This document shows positions 1 to 9,673 of a DNA stretch of 51,243 nucleotides, in pieces (the stretch's first letter is position 1; every line of letters begins with the position of its first letter). The position numbers were made by a program, and so were the translations under genes. Source of the stretch: a virus (Duplodnaviria; Caudoviricetes); the IMG/VR virus record IMGVR_UViG_3300030012_001662, positions 1-51,243 of that record. The stretch is one strand, 5' to 3'. The notes under the pieces were generated by a model. The model searched no databases. It had not been told where the DNA came from and saw nothing but the letters and a program-made list of their open reading frames with translations.

Positions 1-972
1 CCTGTATTTTTAATTTGATTTAATAATTGTTCTGGTTTGCCTTTAACATCACCTAATAAATCTATTGTTTTTTCTGTAGGCGAAAAGAAACCAAGTTCAT
101 CTAATGCTCCATAACCATATTTAAATAATCCAAATATCTTAGACATTATGTACCCTCTTCAAGTCCTGATAATGCACCTAATGTCCCAAAGGCAGTAAAT
201 CCTGCACCTGCTAAAATATCTTTTGATTCTTTTTTACTTGGGTCAAATTTTGCAAAAATAGAACGAATATTTTTAGGGTCAAATACTACATAGTCTTGTC
301 TTGGTCTACCTGTATCTGTCGTGCTTCTTGATATAAGAATACCATCGTGACCTTCTGATTGCAGTTTTTCTCTAAATGCTTTACTGCCTATATCATCAGT
401 CATAAATTTTTTGCCACTTTGTAATTGTTCTGTCATAAAATTTTCAAAATCTTCTTCAAAATCTTCATACGAAAAATACTCTTTGGGATTCTGTAGTTTT
501 AATTTTACTGGATATACCTGCCCTCCCTCGTATTCTCCATCTCCTGCAAAGAAACTAGCAACATCTGGGTCTTCACTAAAAAATGTACCTACATCTTGAA
601 TATTTGGTGTATCGCCTTCGTAATCACTTTTATCTAAAAATTCTTTTATAGGCGCACCTTCTTCTTCTACTAAAAATCTTATACCTGCTTCATTGTATAC
701 TGGATTTATGGCTACCTCTTGTCGTGTGCCATGAAAAGCATCAGTCTCAAAACCTAAATCTTTTGCTCTTTGTAATCTGTCTATTTCATCTTGTGATATT
801 AAGGCACCAGTTTTTTCTGGTATCTTATCAAGTGCCTTACCTAATGCTTTCATTAATATACGTGTTTTTGACATCTACCAAGCCTTACATGACCAATATC
901 TAGCTGTTGTCTTATCTGTGGCAGTATCACAATTATGCCTTGCCCTAAAAGATTTTCTTCTTGCAGGTGATG
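1..972. repeat. Terminal direct repeat, copy 1 (imperfect match to 50263-51243)
   Basis: Colinear with 50263-51243; differs by scattered substitutions and a net 9-bp indel. Indicates a circularly complete genome. Confidence 0.95.
146..874 (-). CDS. ART-PolyVal-like ADP-ribosyltransferase domain protein (allele 1)
   Basis: FHGT, FFS, VYPVKL, GHDGI and YVVFDPKNIRS..AKFDP motifs; hydrophobic C-terminal tail. Confidence 0.75.
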   Translation of the reverse strand: MSKTRILMKALGKALDKIPEKTGALISQDEIDRLQRAKDLGFETDAFHGTRQEVAINPVYNEAGIRFLVEEEGAPIKEFLDKSDYEGDTPNIQDVGTFFSEDPDVASFFAGDGEYEGGQVYPVKLKLQNPKEYFSYEDFEEDFENFMTEQLQSGKKFMTDDIGSKAFREKLQSEGHDGILISRSTTDTGRPRQDYVVFDPKNIRSIFAKFDPSKKESKDILAGAGFTAFGTLGALSGLEEGT

Positions 973-1132
973 TTTTCTTTATTCTCATATTAGGGTCGCC
1001 AAAAGTAATTTTTTTAACCTTGCCTTTATCCATTACAAAGACCATAGACTTCTTTTTACCATAAGATGGTTCGCCTTTTCTTATTCGTCTAGGTTTATTT
1101 AAGGTTACTTTTCTGCCTTTATATTCAGCCAT
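875..1132 (-). CDS. Small basic protein (DUF6321-like)
   Basis: FGDPNM...SFRARHNCD...ARYWSC motif; K/R-rich. Confidence 0.7.
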   Translation of the reverse strand: MAEYKGRKVTLNKPRRIRKGEPSYGKKKSMVFVMDKGKVKKITFGDPNMRIKKTSPARRKSFRARHNCDTATDKTTARYWSCKAW

Positions 1133-1290
1133 TATTTACCTTTATGAACCTTTTGAATTTCGAAAGATGCCTTTTTACTTGAGCCTTTATGTGGTTTATA
1201 ACCTCCTGCAGGGTCTTTCATTAATTTAAAAGATTTGCCATTCTGCATCCAGTGAAAACCTTTAGGTGCTTCTACTGCCTTTTTTGCCAT
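1132..1290 (-). CDS. Small basic hypothetical protein, 52 aa (MAKKAVEAPKGFHWM...)
   Basis: Read manually; GGAG RBS; stop overlaps next ATG (TAATG). Confidence 0.75.
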   Translation of the reverse strand: MAKKAVEAPKGFHWMQNGKSFKLMKDPAGGYKPHKGSSKKASFEIQKVHKGK

Positions 1291-1582
1291 CTTTTTTCTC
1301 CTTCTTTGCTTTTAAATCTTTTTTTGCATTTTTAAATATACTTGCAACCCTTGTTTTCCCCATTACTTTTGCTCTTTGTTCACCGACAGTAAGTATTTGT
1401 ATCTTTCTCGCATATGGTTTATTGATTCTTTTAACTTTTCTAACGGTGGCTTGGGCATCTGTTGGCGTTGCGAATTTGATGCTAACTGTGTCCTTAGGGT
1501 TTTCATCTGTGTAGAGTCTTCTGTCGCTCCCTTTCGGTTTTTTCCCTGTACCAACTCTTGGGTCTTTCTTCTTCTTAGGCAC
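1262..1582 (-). CDS. Conserved basic phage protein
   Basis: RRLYTDENPKDTV and KIQILTVGEQRAKVM motifs; GTG start coupled to upstream stop. Confidence 0.7.
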   Translation of the reverse strand: MPKKKKDPRVGTGKKPKGSDRRLYTDENPKDTVSIKFATPTDAQATVRKVKRINKPYARKIQILTVGEQRAKVMGKTRVASIFKNAKKDLKAKKEKKDGKKGSRST

Positions 1583-1844
1583 TTTTCTTCTTCTTACCTT
1601 TTCCTAGCAAATCTTTATCTGCCTTACGAGCTCCACCTTTTCCCGTAACAAACGAGCGAACGCGGCCCATCGCCCATTGATGTGCTGATGTCTTAGGTCT
1701 ACTACCACTCGAATAATATGCACCTAACCCTCTTTTATAGACCTTGTCTAACTTTTCTTTTGAGAACCTACCTGCTCCCGGTATAGATGAATATTTACCT
1801 GATTTTTTCTTTTTAGCGGTGCTTTTCTTTTTGGTTTCTGCCAT
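1575..1844 (-). CDS. Small basic protein (DUF5824-like)
   Basis: VYKRGLGAY..SGSRP....QWAMGRVRSF motif. Confidence 0.7.
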   Translation of the reverse strand: MAETKKKSTAKKKKSGKYSSIPGAGRFSKEKLDKVYKRGLGAYYSSGSRPKTSAHQWAMGRVRSFVTGKGGARKADKDLLGKGKKKKSA

Positions 1845-2041
1845 TATGATTTGCTCCTTTGTTTACTTATTTTATCCATTTGAGCTTTGGTAAGTTTACC
1901 TTCTCGATAAAGCTTTGCTGTTCTTCTTATTTCTCTTTCTCTTGCCTTAGGGTTCTTTGCACCTGCGAGATATTTTTTAGGTGTACCCTTTTTTGTTTTT
2001 GCGACAGGTTTAAACCTTCTTTTTGTTGGTTTTTTTGCCAT
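1844..2041 (-). CDS. Small basic hypothetical protein
   Basis: K/R-rich, PKKYLAG motif, translationally coupled. Confidence 0.7.
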   Translation of the reverse strand: MAKKPTKRRFKPVAKTKKGTPKKYLAGAKNPKAREREIRRTAKLYREGKLTKAQMDKISKQRSKS

Positions 2042-2150
2042 TCTTTTTCTTCTTTCTTAATTTAGCAAAGTCTGCACCAGTTATCTTTGTTCTAGGTTTT
2101 GCTACTCTTGCTAATGCTTTTTGTTTTTTAGAATATTTACTAAATGGCAT
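2010..2150 (-). CDS. Small basic protein, 46 aa (MPFSKYS...KITGADFAKL...)
   Basis: Read manually; ATG overlaps the upstream stop. Confidence 0.65.
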   Translation of the reverse strand: MPFSKYSKKQKALARVAKPRTKITGADFAKLRKKKKNGKKTNKKKV

Positions 2151-2374
2151 TACATTCCCTCTCCAAGACTTTGTAATTCTTTCATTAACATCAAACCTTG
2201 TATTTGTATTTCTTTTACATCTGATGCCATCATATCTCTTATTGTTGGTTCAAGATTTGCATAACCAACACTATCTAGTAAATCTTCTAATTTCATTAAA
2301 GGTAATTCAGCTTTTTGCATTCTTTCTTTTGGCAAGTCTGCAAGAGCACCCATTTTTTTAGAAGTGCCGGGCAT
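2150..2374 (-). CDS. Hypothetical Met-rich protein
   Basis: Coupled ORF in the late operon. Confidence 0.7.
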   Translation of the reverse strand: MPGTSKKMGALADLPKERMQKAELPLMKLEDLLDSVGYANLEPTIRDMMASDVKEIQIQGLMLMKELQSLGEGM

Positions 2375-2652
2375 TACATTACCTTTGGTCCCATAGGTCC
2401 CAACATCTCATTCATCATTTCGTGAGCATTACCAGAGTCCATTTTAATAATCTTAACTTTCATATCGCCATGTTCTTCTTCCATTTCTTCATCTTCATGT
2501 GGAAGCATCATTGTTTGATGGCAAAGTAATAAAAAATTAACTAATTGCTCATCTGTTAGTTCTAGGCCTTCCGCGTCTCTTGGGAAGCCCATCTTTTCCA
2601 TAAACAACTCTTCGTTTCTCTCCATGTTGCCTACTTCGACTTGGTGTTCCAT
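2374..2652 (-). CDS. Hypothetical Met/Glu-rich protein
   Basis: AAGGAG RBS; coupled to the next ORF. Confidence 0.75.
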   Translation of the reverse strand: MEHQVEVGNMERNEELFMEKMGFPRDAEGLELTDEQLVNFLLLCHQTMMLPHEDEEMEEEHGDMKVKIIKMDSGNAHEMMNEMLGPMGPKVM

Positions 2653-3757
2653 TTTTTTCTCCTTTTGGTTTTATAAATAGACCTATTGAATAACATATTG
2701 CTTCTCCAATAAATTTGCCTATTTTAATTGAAAATCTATTTTTACCTACCTTACCTTCTGATAAATCAAATGCCATTTGTTCTGCCCATGCACACGCAAT
2801 TGGTTTTATAATTTTAAAAGTAAGACCTTCTTTCCTCATTCTTTCTGCTATTGGTTTTCCCCAAGTAGCATATCCGTTATATATTTTTCTATTTACCTGT
2901 TGACCATATCGTTGGTCATATTTGTAAATATTTATAGGTAGTATATTCATTTCGTATAAAACTGTACATATAAAAGTTCCCTCTGCATCTGCACTTTCAC
3001 CTTGATTTTCTAGGGTTACTGCTCTTGCAAAGTCTGGGTCATATAAACTTTTGCCTGTTGTTTCATCAACAAGATTTGTAATATTAGATTGTGTAATTTT
3101 ATCTTCTGCAAAATCACTCACAGATTTTAGATTTGCATCATACATATCTTGCGCTTCTTTAAATCTGCCTTGTTCTTCTAGGTCATAAAAGCTTAATCCA
3201 TCTGCTGAGGGTGCTCTTGATGCCATTTGTTCTGCAAAACCTCTGCTTTTAAATGGTTGTGTAATATATTGTTGAGTAAAACCACCTGTTCTATCATTCA
3301 ATTCATCTAATTCTGATTTTGTAAATCTAGGTGTTTGTATAGGTGCCAAATCTAAATCTGGTCTTTTACTGGCAATGTAATTTTGTATATCATCACGAGT
3401 AATATTAGGTTCTGTAGAGAATGGGTCGTTGGCTTTAAATTGTTTAATTTCGTTAATAACTGCATTTGTTGCACTAGAACCAGTACCTGCCCTTTTCATT
3501 GTTGCACCAAGTCCTGTATCTAATGTATTAGCACTTAAAGAATTAAGTAGATTTGTTGCGGCACCTTCTGTTTGAACCTTGCCTATTGCTTGACCAAGCA
3601 CTGTCAAATCACCAAGAGGTAATGCACCAAACACAGTTTCTGGTCTTAGAGTAAAATCAATGCCAAAATTAGAAAGAGGCTTAAAACCAGCCTCTTCTGC
3701 AAGTATACCTTGTTTTAATGTGCCTACATCTTTTAATGAAAATGGTTCTTTAGCCAT
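2549..3757 (-). CDS. Putative virion/internal protein with C-terminal 'IC..NGY..W' domain
   Basis: 402-aa ORF; C-terminal domain paralogous to that of 28551-29882. Confidence 0.7.
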   Translation of the reverse strand: MAKEPFSLKDVGTLKQGILAEEAGFKPLSNFGIDFTLRPETVFGALPLGDLTVLGQAIGKVQTEGAATNLLNSLSANTLDTGLGATMKRAGTGSSATNAVINEIKQFKANDPFSTEPNITRDDIQNYIASKRPDLDLAPIQTPRFTKSELDELNDRTGGFTQQYITQPFKSRGFAEQMASRAPSADGLSFYDLEEQGRFKEAQDMYDANLKSVSDFAEDKITQSNITNLVDETTGKSLYDPDFARAVTLENQGESADAEGTFICTVLYEMNILPINIYKYDQRYGQQVNRKIYNGYATWGKPIAERMRKEGLTFKIIKPIACAWAEQMAFDLSEGKVGKNRFSIKIGKFIGEAICYSIGLFIKPKGEKNGTPSRSRQHGEKRRVVYGKDGLPKRRGRPRTNR

Positions 3758-3764
3758 TTAAAAC

Positions 3765-4274
3765 CTATGTTCCCATACCTGTCTTTTGCATGTCCATACT
3801 TTGTGTTCTATCTGCTCTCATATCGTCTCGCATAGCAGGTCTTTCCATTGGTAATGCCTGTAATGCTCCACCTCCCATTGTTGCACCAACTGCACCTTCT
3901 ACCATGCTTTCTGGTACTGTACCCATGACGGCCTCCATAGCATCTTCTAACGATATACCCATAGTTGTTAATGCTTCTATTGCCTCTCTATCTGCCATAG
4001 TTAGACCTGACATGGCATCATCTCTAATATTTCCCATATCATCAAAAATTCTTTTACCTTCTTTAGTGACCATATTACCATCTGGCAATTCCATAACCTC
4101 GTTTTCACGAACAACACTTTTTGGGTCTAAGGTTTTCATCATGTCAAATACTGCAGGTGTTCCGCCCATCATACCACTCGGTCTTGCTGGATTAACTATT
4201 GATGGGTCATCTTTCTCCATGCGTTTCATCATATCTCTATAATTTTTTGTGCCTTTATCCATATGTCCCGGCAT
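3765..4274 (-). CDS. Met-rich hypothetical protein next to the portal gene
   Basis: GGAGG RBS; carries an LDPKSVVRE motif. Confidence 0.75.
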   Translation of the reverse strand: MPGHMDKGTKNYRDMMKRMEKDDPSIVNPARPSGMMGGTPAVFDMMKTLDPKSVVRENEVMELPDGNMVTKEGKRIFDDMGNIRDDAMSGLTMADREAIEALTTMGISLEDAMEAVMGTVPESMVEGAVGATMGGGALQALPMERPAMRDDMRADRTQSMDMQKTGMGT

Positions 4275-4275
4275 T

Positions 4276-6702
4276 TTAGCCTCCTTGTTTTGCTATGTTT
4301 TTTTCTCTAATAATCTGAAGTTCTTGCTCTAACTTCATCATTTTACCTTGTAATTCTTGGTTCAATTTGGCTTGTTCAATAGCTAAATCTTGTTTAGTTT
4401 CTGCATCTTTAATAGCCATATCTTGTTTCGCCTTTGCCGCCTCAATTTGCAGTTCTTGTTGTGTCTTCATCTGCAACATTTGTTGTTCTAATTGTGCCAA
4501 TTGTTGTGCGAATTGTAAAGGATTTGCTTGTTGACCTTGACCCATATTCGTAATCGCAGAGATTTGTGCCATTTGAGGTGATTGTTTTACAACCTCTGCG
4601 GCTCTTTGTGATATTTGCATATCTAACTCTGGCGATAAATCATCAAATTTAAATTTAGCATCTCTAATATCTGGTAATGGTGCTAGTTGCATACCTATCG
4701 CTGTCTGCATTCTTTGTCTGTAGAGTAATGCAATATGTTCTGCAATATGTGCAATTAAAATAGGTTGTAGGTTTCTTGCACCCGGATTACCACCTAACGA
4801 TGGGTCTTGTAAGAATTGCATATGTACGTTTATATGAGCATCATGGTCTTGTTCTGGGAATGCTCTAATAGGTTTACCATACATAATAGACATATTCTCG
4901 TCTACAGGGTCTAAACGACTTGCTTCTTCTGGTTCTTTCAATACCTCACCAATATTTGGTATTCTCAATGCCTCTAACATTCTTTTATGTGTATCGTACA
5001 TATCATAAAGCTGAGGTGCTGATTGTGATAATTGAAGAACAGATTGTGCTTGTGCTATTCTCTGTGCAGTACTGAATACGTTAGGGTCTGAAACAGGTAT
5101 AATATCTATCGTACTATCAAAATCTGTAGATAGTATTCGTTGTGTTACACCTGATATTGCAAATTCAAATTGTTCTGGTAAAAATTTAGAATTTAATTTA
5201 GCAATTAATTTAAATTCTTGCCCTTGTGAATAATGTAATCGTTTGTGTATGGCACTAAACGCCTTACTACCTTGTTCTATAAGGGCAACTGTTGAACCTA
5301 CTGGTGCATTAGGGTTGACATCTCCAACATTTAAATCTGCTGTACTTGCAAATCTCTGACCTGCCTGTACGATTGCATTCATTAAATTAAATAATGTTCC
5401 TGATGGTTCTTTAAATGGTAATGGCATAATTGCTTTATTAACATCATCTACTGTGGCATCTAAATCTGCAAACTCACCCGGATTAACTTGCAATTCGCCA
5501 CCTGTAACTCTACCTTTTAATTTAAATCCGCCTTGCATATTACTGAAAGCCGCAGAATCTAATAACGCCCTTAATGAGCCTGTCGCCGCTTTTCCAAGAC
5601 CACCTATTAAATGATATAAACCAAATCCGTAGAAACCTGTTCCGGGTAAAAATCTGTAAGATACAAAATAATCAAGTCTTAGTTTCTTTTCGTCTTTTTC
5701 TTCCCAGTTTCTTCTTATTGATACAATCTTTTGTGAATCATAATCTATTGTTACAACATAGGGAAATGCAACCATATCTTTGTCATAATCTTCATCGTCT
5801 GTTTCTATACCATCAAGACCATCAAATGTTTCGTATACGTGCATTTCAATTAATGTAACTGTCTCGTTGTGTTCTTCGTCTCCGTAAGATGAAATACCTT
5901 CAATCTCTTCGCCAATATTACCAGCAGGGTCATAATCACTACCCACATATTTAATAGGTAAATAAAAACCACCTTGAACATAACGATTATAGTCGTTTCT
6001 TGGCATTCTAATGATGTGAGAATATCTTATAGATGTCATTAAATCTTTACTGTCTGGTGCGACAATGAAATCTTCTGCCTTTACAAACTGAGAACATTGT
6101 CTACCTAAATTTGTATCATAATACACTTTTTTAAAGGCATGACCAATTAGTGGTAACTGAAATAACATTGTATCTAAATCAGGAAAATATTCAGGCATTT
6201 CTTGTGTTATTTGGTAGTTCATATAATCACGAACTCGTCTTGCTTGGTCTTCTAATTCTTCTGTTGGTTCACCAATTATTGTTGTTTTTACTGGTCCACC
6301 TGACGGATATAATTCAGCGATTGCTCTTGCATTGAACTGGGTTGCGGCCTCAGCAATCATTGGGTGTACAACTGTACTTAATCCTCTTGTTGCTCTCTGT
6401 TCTTCTTCTTCTGTTAATCCGCCATCAGGTTCTAGTGTTTCAAGACCTTGTTTGTATCTATCTTCCCATTCTGACCTAGCTTCTTTGTCGCTTTCAAAGG
6501 CTTCTAATAAATCTTGTGCCTTTCTTGCAGATTCATTGTCATCTATTTGTTCTGCAAGGTTTTGGTCATGTTCGCTTGTAAGTTCTACTACTTCGTCTAA
6601 TGATGCATCGCCAATAAGAACATCATTACCTATCTGTTCAACTTCTAAATTGTCTGCTGGTGCACCTTCTGCGAAAGGTATTACGTTTGGTTCTTTAGCC
6701 AT
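4276..6702 (-). CDS. Portal protein
   Basis: 808 aa directly after TerL; HPMIAEA..QF, GFYGFGL.HLIGG, GGFK motifs; Gln-rich C-terminal coiled coil. Confidence 0.93.
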   Translation of the reverse strand: MAKEPNVIPFAEGAPADNLEVEQIGNDVLIGDASLDEVVELTSEHDQNLAEQIDDNESARKAQDLLEAFESDKEARSEWEDRYKQGLETLEPDGGLTEEEEQRATRGLSTVVHPMIAEAATQFNARAIAELYPSGGPVKTTIIGEPTEELEDQARRVRDYMNYQITQEMPEYFPDLDTMLFQLPLIGHAFKKVYYDTNLGRQCSQFVKAEDFIVAPDSKDLMTSIRYSHIIRMPRNDYNRYVQGGFYLPIKYVGSDYDPAGNIGEEIEGISSYGDEEHNETVTLIEMHVYETFDGLDGIETDDEDYDKDMVAFPYVVTIDYDSQKIVSIRRNWEEKDEKKLRLDYFVSYRFLPGTGFYGFGLYHLIGGLGKAATGSLRALLDSAAFSNMQGGFKLKGRVTGGELQVNPGEFADLDATVDDVNKAIMPLPFKEPSGTLFNLMNAIVQAGQRFASTADLNVGDVNPNAPVGSTVALIEQGSKAFSAIHKRLHYSQGQEFKLIAKLNSKFLPEQFEFAISGVTQRILSTDFDSTIDIIPVSDPNVFSTAQRIAQAQSVLQLSQSAPQLYDMYDTHKRMLEALRIPNIGEVLKEPEEASRLDPVDENMSIMYGKPIRAFPEQDHDAHINVHMQFLQDPSLGGNPGARNLQPILIAHIAEHIALLYRQRMQTAIGMQLAPLPDIRDAKFKFDDLSPELDMQISQRAAEVVKQSPQMAQISAITNMGQGQQANPLQFAQQLAQLEQQMLQMKTQQELQIEAAKAKQDMAIKDAETKQDLAIEQAKLNQELQGKMMKLEQELQIIREKNIAKQGG

Positions 6703-8203
6703 ATAATGTTAACCTCTTTTGTTCTTCAACGTCTTCGTCATCTGCGTCGCTTGAATGTGTTAAAAACCAACCTTTTCTTAATCTTAACCATGCTTGAGTG
6801 CATGTGTCTACTATATCATCATTATTACCTGTTGGAAAGGCAGAACATATATCTATTAAATCTTTTGCCCATCTCTTACCTGCAGGGTACCATATTCTAC
6901 CATCTTCAAGCAAGGCAGAACTTGCATGTGCCCTAGCTTGTTTATCTCTATCTGGTGAATATTCTAAAACTGGTATACCAGCCATTCTTAAATCTTGTAT
7001 TAAACTTTGACCACTTGCTTTCTTTTCTATTAACACAACATCTGGCTCATAATCTTCGTATGCCTCTTGTGCAATCGCTCTTAACTCAGGGTAAGAAACC
7101 CTATCGTACCACATATCAATAACGATAGCATTATAATATCCATCTTGTTTAAATACTCCCCATGTTGTTCTAGCACTATAAGAACTATTTTCTTTTGTAC
7201 TAAATGCTGTATCGTAAGATTGTATCATGTATTCTATGTAAGGCAAATCTTCCTCTTGCCATTCACTCCACCATTCTGCCCTTAATATACCACCACCTCT
7301 CGGCATTGGTCTTTGTTGTAATTGACCTGCAGAACCATAAGAGCCGAGACTTTTTTCAAGATTAGTTAATGTTTTATCGTCTATTCTATCTGGCCATAGT
7401 AATTCGCCATCTTCTTCTCGTGGGTCTATAAAACCTAATGTTGAGCGACTAATGGTTGGGTGCGTAGATTCGTACCTTGCTGGTAAACATAAATGGTCCC
7501 AATCTTCAAATTCATTTGCCAATATATGACCAGTTAAATCATTTTCATGAACCCTTTGCATAATTATAATAAATGCACCATTTTTAGGGTCATTCAATCT
7601 TGTTTGCATGGCTTGGTCCCACCAATCTAATACACCTTGCCTTACAAGACCTGATTCTGCCTCTCTTACATTGTGTGGGTCATCAATTACAATAATATCG
7701 CCACCCTCACCAGTTAATGCACCATCTACAGATGTAGCAATTCGCATACCTGTTTTGTCATTCTCAAACCTTTGTTTCTGATTTTGGTCTGTAGTAAGCG
7801 AGAAACCATCGCCAAAGGTTGTCTTGTACCATTGACTATCTATCAATCGCCTACATTTAACGCTATCTCTTATTGATAAAGAACCTGCATAACTGGCATA
7901 TAGAAACTTTTTAGTAGGGTCATTTGTCCATGTCCATGCAGGTAATGCAACAGACACCGATATAGACTTCATATGTCTTGGTGGTACGTTTATAATTAAT
8001 CTTTTAATATCTCCATTTGCAACTGCCTGTAAATGGTCGGATATTGCATCAATATGCCAATTATCGTTGTATTCCCTATTGGGTTCTATTGTTCCCCATG
8101 CTTCCTTTATGAATAACTTGAGGGACCTTCTCATTTTCTCCGCTCGTATCTGTATCAACGAGTGCATGTTTAAGTGTTCTTTCAAGATAGTTGAGGTCAT
8201 CAT
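6695..8203 (-). CDS. terL: Terminase large subunit
   Basis: NVPPRHMKS (Walker A variant), IIVIDDPH (Walker B), MQRVHENDL, SYDTA, DDIVD nuclease motif; true start may be 8167. Confidence 0.96.
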   Translation of the reverse strand: MMTSTILKEHLNMHSLIQIRAEKMRRSLKLFIKEAWGTIEPNREYNDNWHIDAISDHLQAVANGDIKRLIINVPPRHMKSISVSVALPAWTWTNDPTKKFLYASYAGSLSIRDSVKCRRLIDSQWYKTTFGDGFSLTTDQNQKQRFENDKTGMRIATSVDGALTGEGGDIIVIDDPHNVREAESGLVRQGVLDWWDQAMQTRLNDPKNGAFIIIMQRVHENDLTGHILANEFEDWDHLCLPARYESTHPTISRSTLGFIDPREEDGELLWPDRIDDKTLTNLEKSLGSYGSAGQLQQRPMPRGGGILRAEWWSEWQEEDLPYIEYMIQSYDTAFSTKENSSYSARTTWGVFKQDGYYNAIVIDMWYDRVSYPELRAIAQEAYEDYEPDVVLIEKKASGQSLIQDLRMAGIPVLEYSPDRDKQARAHASSALLEDGRIWYPAGKRWAKDLIDICSAFPTGNNDDIVDTCTQAWLRLRKGWFLTHSSDADDEDVEEQKRLTLYG

Positions 8204-8585
8204 CGCTTAATCTGCTTACGTCTAGCACCTTTCTTTCTTCAATGTTAATGTCTTGTCGTATCTCTTGTCTATCTGTTTGCCCTAACATCTGTTTACCAAG
8301 CCAAATCGCCATGGTTGAATTGTTTGTATCTTCCATAATCTGTATTTGTTTTCTTCTTAAAGACAACATACCAGTCGCCCTACCTTTTTCTATTGCCTTT
8401 CTAACCTCTGGTTCGTTGGTAAATTTATCTTCAAGGGTTCTTAAAGGTATATCAAAATACGCTGATATTTCTGGCATTGTACAATTCAATCTTGATAATC
8501 TTTCTAATTCGCCAAGATTCAATTCTATTTTAGGTCTACCGACCTTTCGTTTTTTAACTGGCTTTATTTTTTTTATTTCGTTCAT
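8076..8585 (-). CDS. terS: Terminase small subunit
   Basis: GRPK, HTH, SLRRKQ, MAIWLGKQMLGQ motifs; directly upstream of terL. Confidence 0.85.
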   Translation of the reverse strand: MNEIKKIKPVKKRKVGRPKIELNLGELERLSRLNCTMPEISAYFDIPLRTLEDKFTNEPEVRKAIEKGRATGMLSLRRKQIQIMEDTNNSTMAIWLGKQMLGQTDRQEIRQDINIEERKVLDVSRLSDDDLNYLERTLKHALVDTDTSGENEKVPQVIHKGSMGNNRTQ

Positions 8586-8736
8586 ATTCTAAATATCTTT
8601 TTTCAGCATTTGGAAATAATTTAAACCATCTTTTTCTAGTCTCTTCTGTCATATCTACAGAGCTTGGTTTATCGCCATAATCATTTCTTAAAAAATTCTG
8701 ATAAGAACTAATTCTACGTTTTTGTTTCTTTGTCAT
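8554..8736 (-). CDS. Hypothetical protein
   Basis: 60-aa ORF on the operon strand. Confidence 0.5.
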   Translation of the reverse strand: MTKKQKRRISSYQNFLRNDYGDKPSSVDMTEETRKRWFKLFPNAEKRYLEYERNKKNKAS

Positions 8737-8785
8737 TATCTAACTCTGTAATACATCTTTTTTTAAATACCACGAAAATTATTTA

Positions 8786-9673
8786 TTATTCAACTTTTTT
8801 TAATTTCATTCCGTAATTATTTACACCTTTTTTAGGTTTATAATCATCACGAAATATTAATTTGTTTTCTCTTTTAAACTTATTGTAGTTAACATAATGA
8901 TGATGTCTGCCATATCTCCAAACAAGTTTTGTAACATCAGGGTGTAATCGCATCTGCATATTTGATTTAGGTATTGTACCTTCTTCTGCATAGAACTCAT
9001 CTGTATTACCACCTTTAATAGTTTGTGTATTTGCCTTTTCTTGTAAGAAAACATTAAATTGTACTGTACACCAACCTTTCTTAAGTATTCTTAAAGATAA
9101 ATCAGTATCTTCGTTATACCTGCCTCTCCATCTATCTGGTAAAGGTAAATCGTTTCTAATTAGATTACATGAATATATTCTAGTATTTACTGTAAAAGGT
9201 CCATATTGATGTGCCCATTTATCTATAACAAAGAATGTGTAATTTGGTCCTGCCATTCCAATGTTCTTATATCTTAATACAAAATCTTCCATAACTTTGA
9301 ATGGTGTGCCATCTATACATTTAATCTCTAGGTTATTCTGCCATCTTCTAAAACATTTTATGTTATCGTCCATTACCCAATGCCATTTGTAACCTCTATC
9401 TATTGAATGTTGCCATATAAAATTACGAGCAGGTCCGGGTCCCTTAGATTTTTTATCGCCTAAATCGTCACACGTATCGTAATCGTCTTGGTATGTCTTA
9501 TCTAACACGAGTATATTCTTTTTCTGTACCACCTTCGCATACTCCGAGTACTCTTGTTCTTCGACTACTACCGTGTATGGGACACCCATTTCTTCTAATG
9601 CCTTGATAGTTAATCTACTATCTGCCCTACCTTTAGATGGTATATAGATGGGGAATTGGTGCTTAACTGCCAA
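8786..9673 (-). CDS. GREB1-like / TET-associated (TAGT) GT-A fold glycosyltransferase
   Basis: IYIPSKGR, ARNF, WVMDDNI, RIYSC.LI, RYNEDTDL, GGNT motifs. Confidence 0.82.
   Translation of the reverse strand: MAVKHQFPIYIPSKGRADSRLTIKALEEMGVPYTVVVEEQEYSEYAKVVQKKNILVLDKTYQDDYDTCDDLGDKKSKGPGPARNFIWQHSIDRGYKWHWVMDDNIKCFRRWQNNLEIKCIDGTPFKVMEDFVLRYKNIGMAGPNYTFFVIDKWAHQYGPFTVNTRIYSCNLIRNDLPLPDRWRGRYNEDTDLSLRILKKGWCTVQFNVFLQEKANTQTIKGGNTDEFYAEEGTIPKSNMQMRLHPDVTKLVWRYGRHHHYVNYNKFKRENKLIFRDDYKPKKGVNNYGMKLKKVE

Noticed and set aside
146-874. Diversity-generating retroelement (TR/VR pair) explaining the two ART copies
   Set aside because: Mismatches are not adenine-specific and look mostly synonymous; no reverse transcriptase is present; the copies sit at the contig ends
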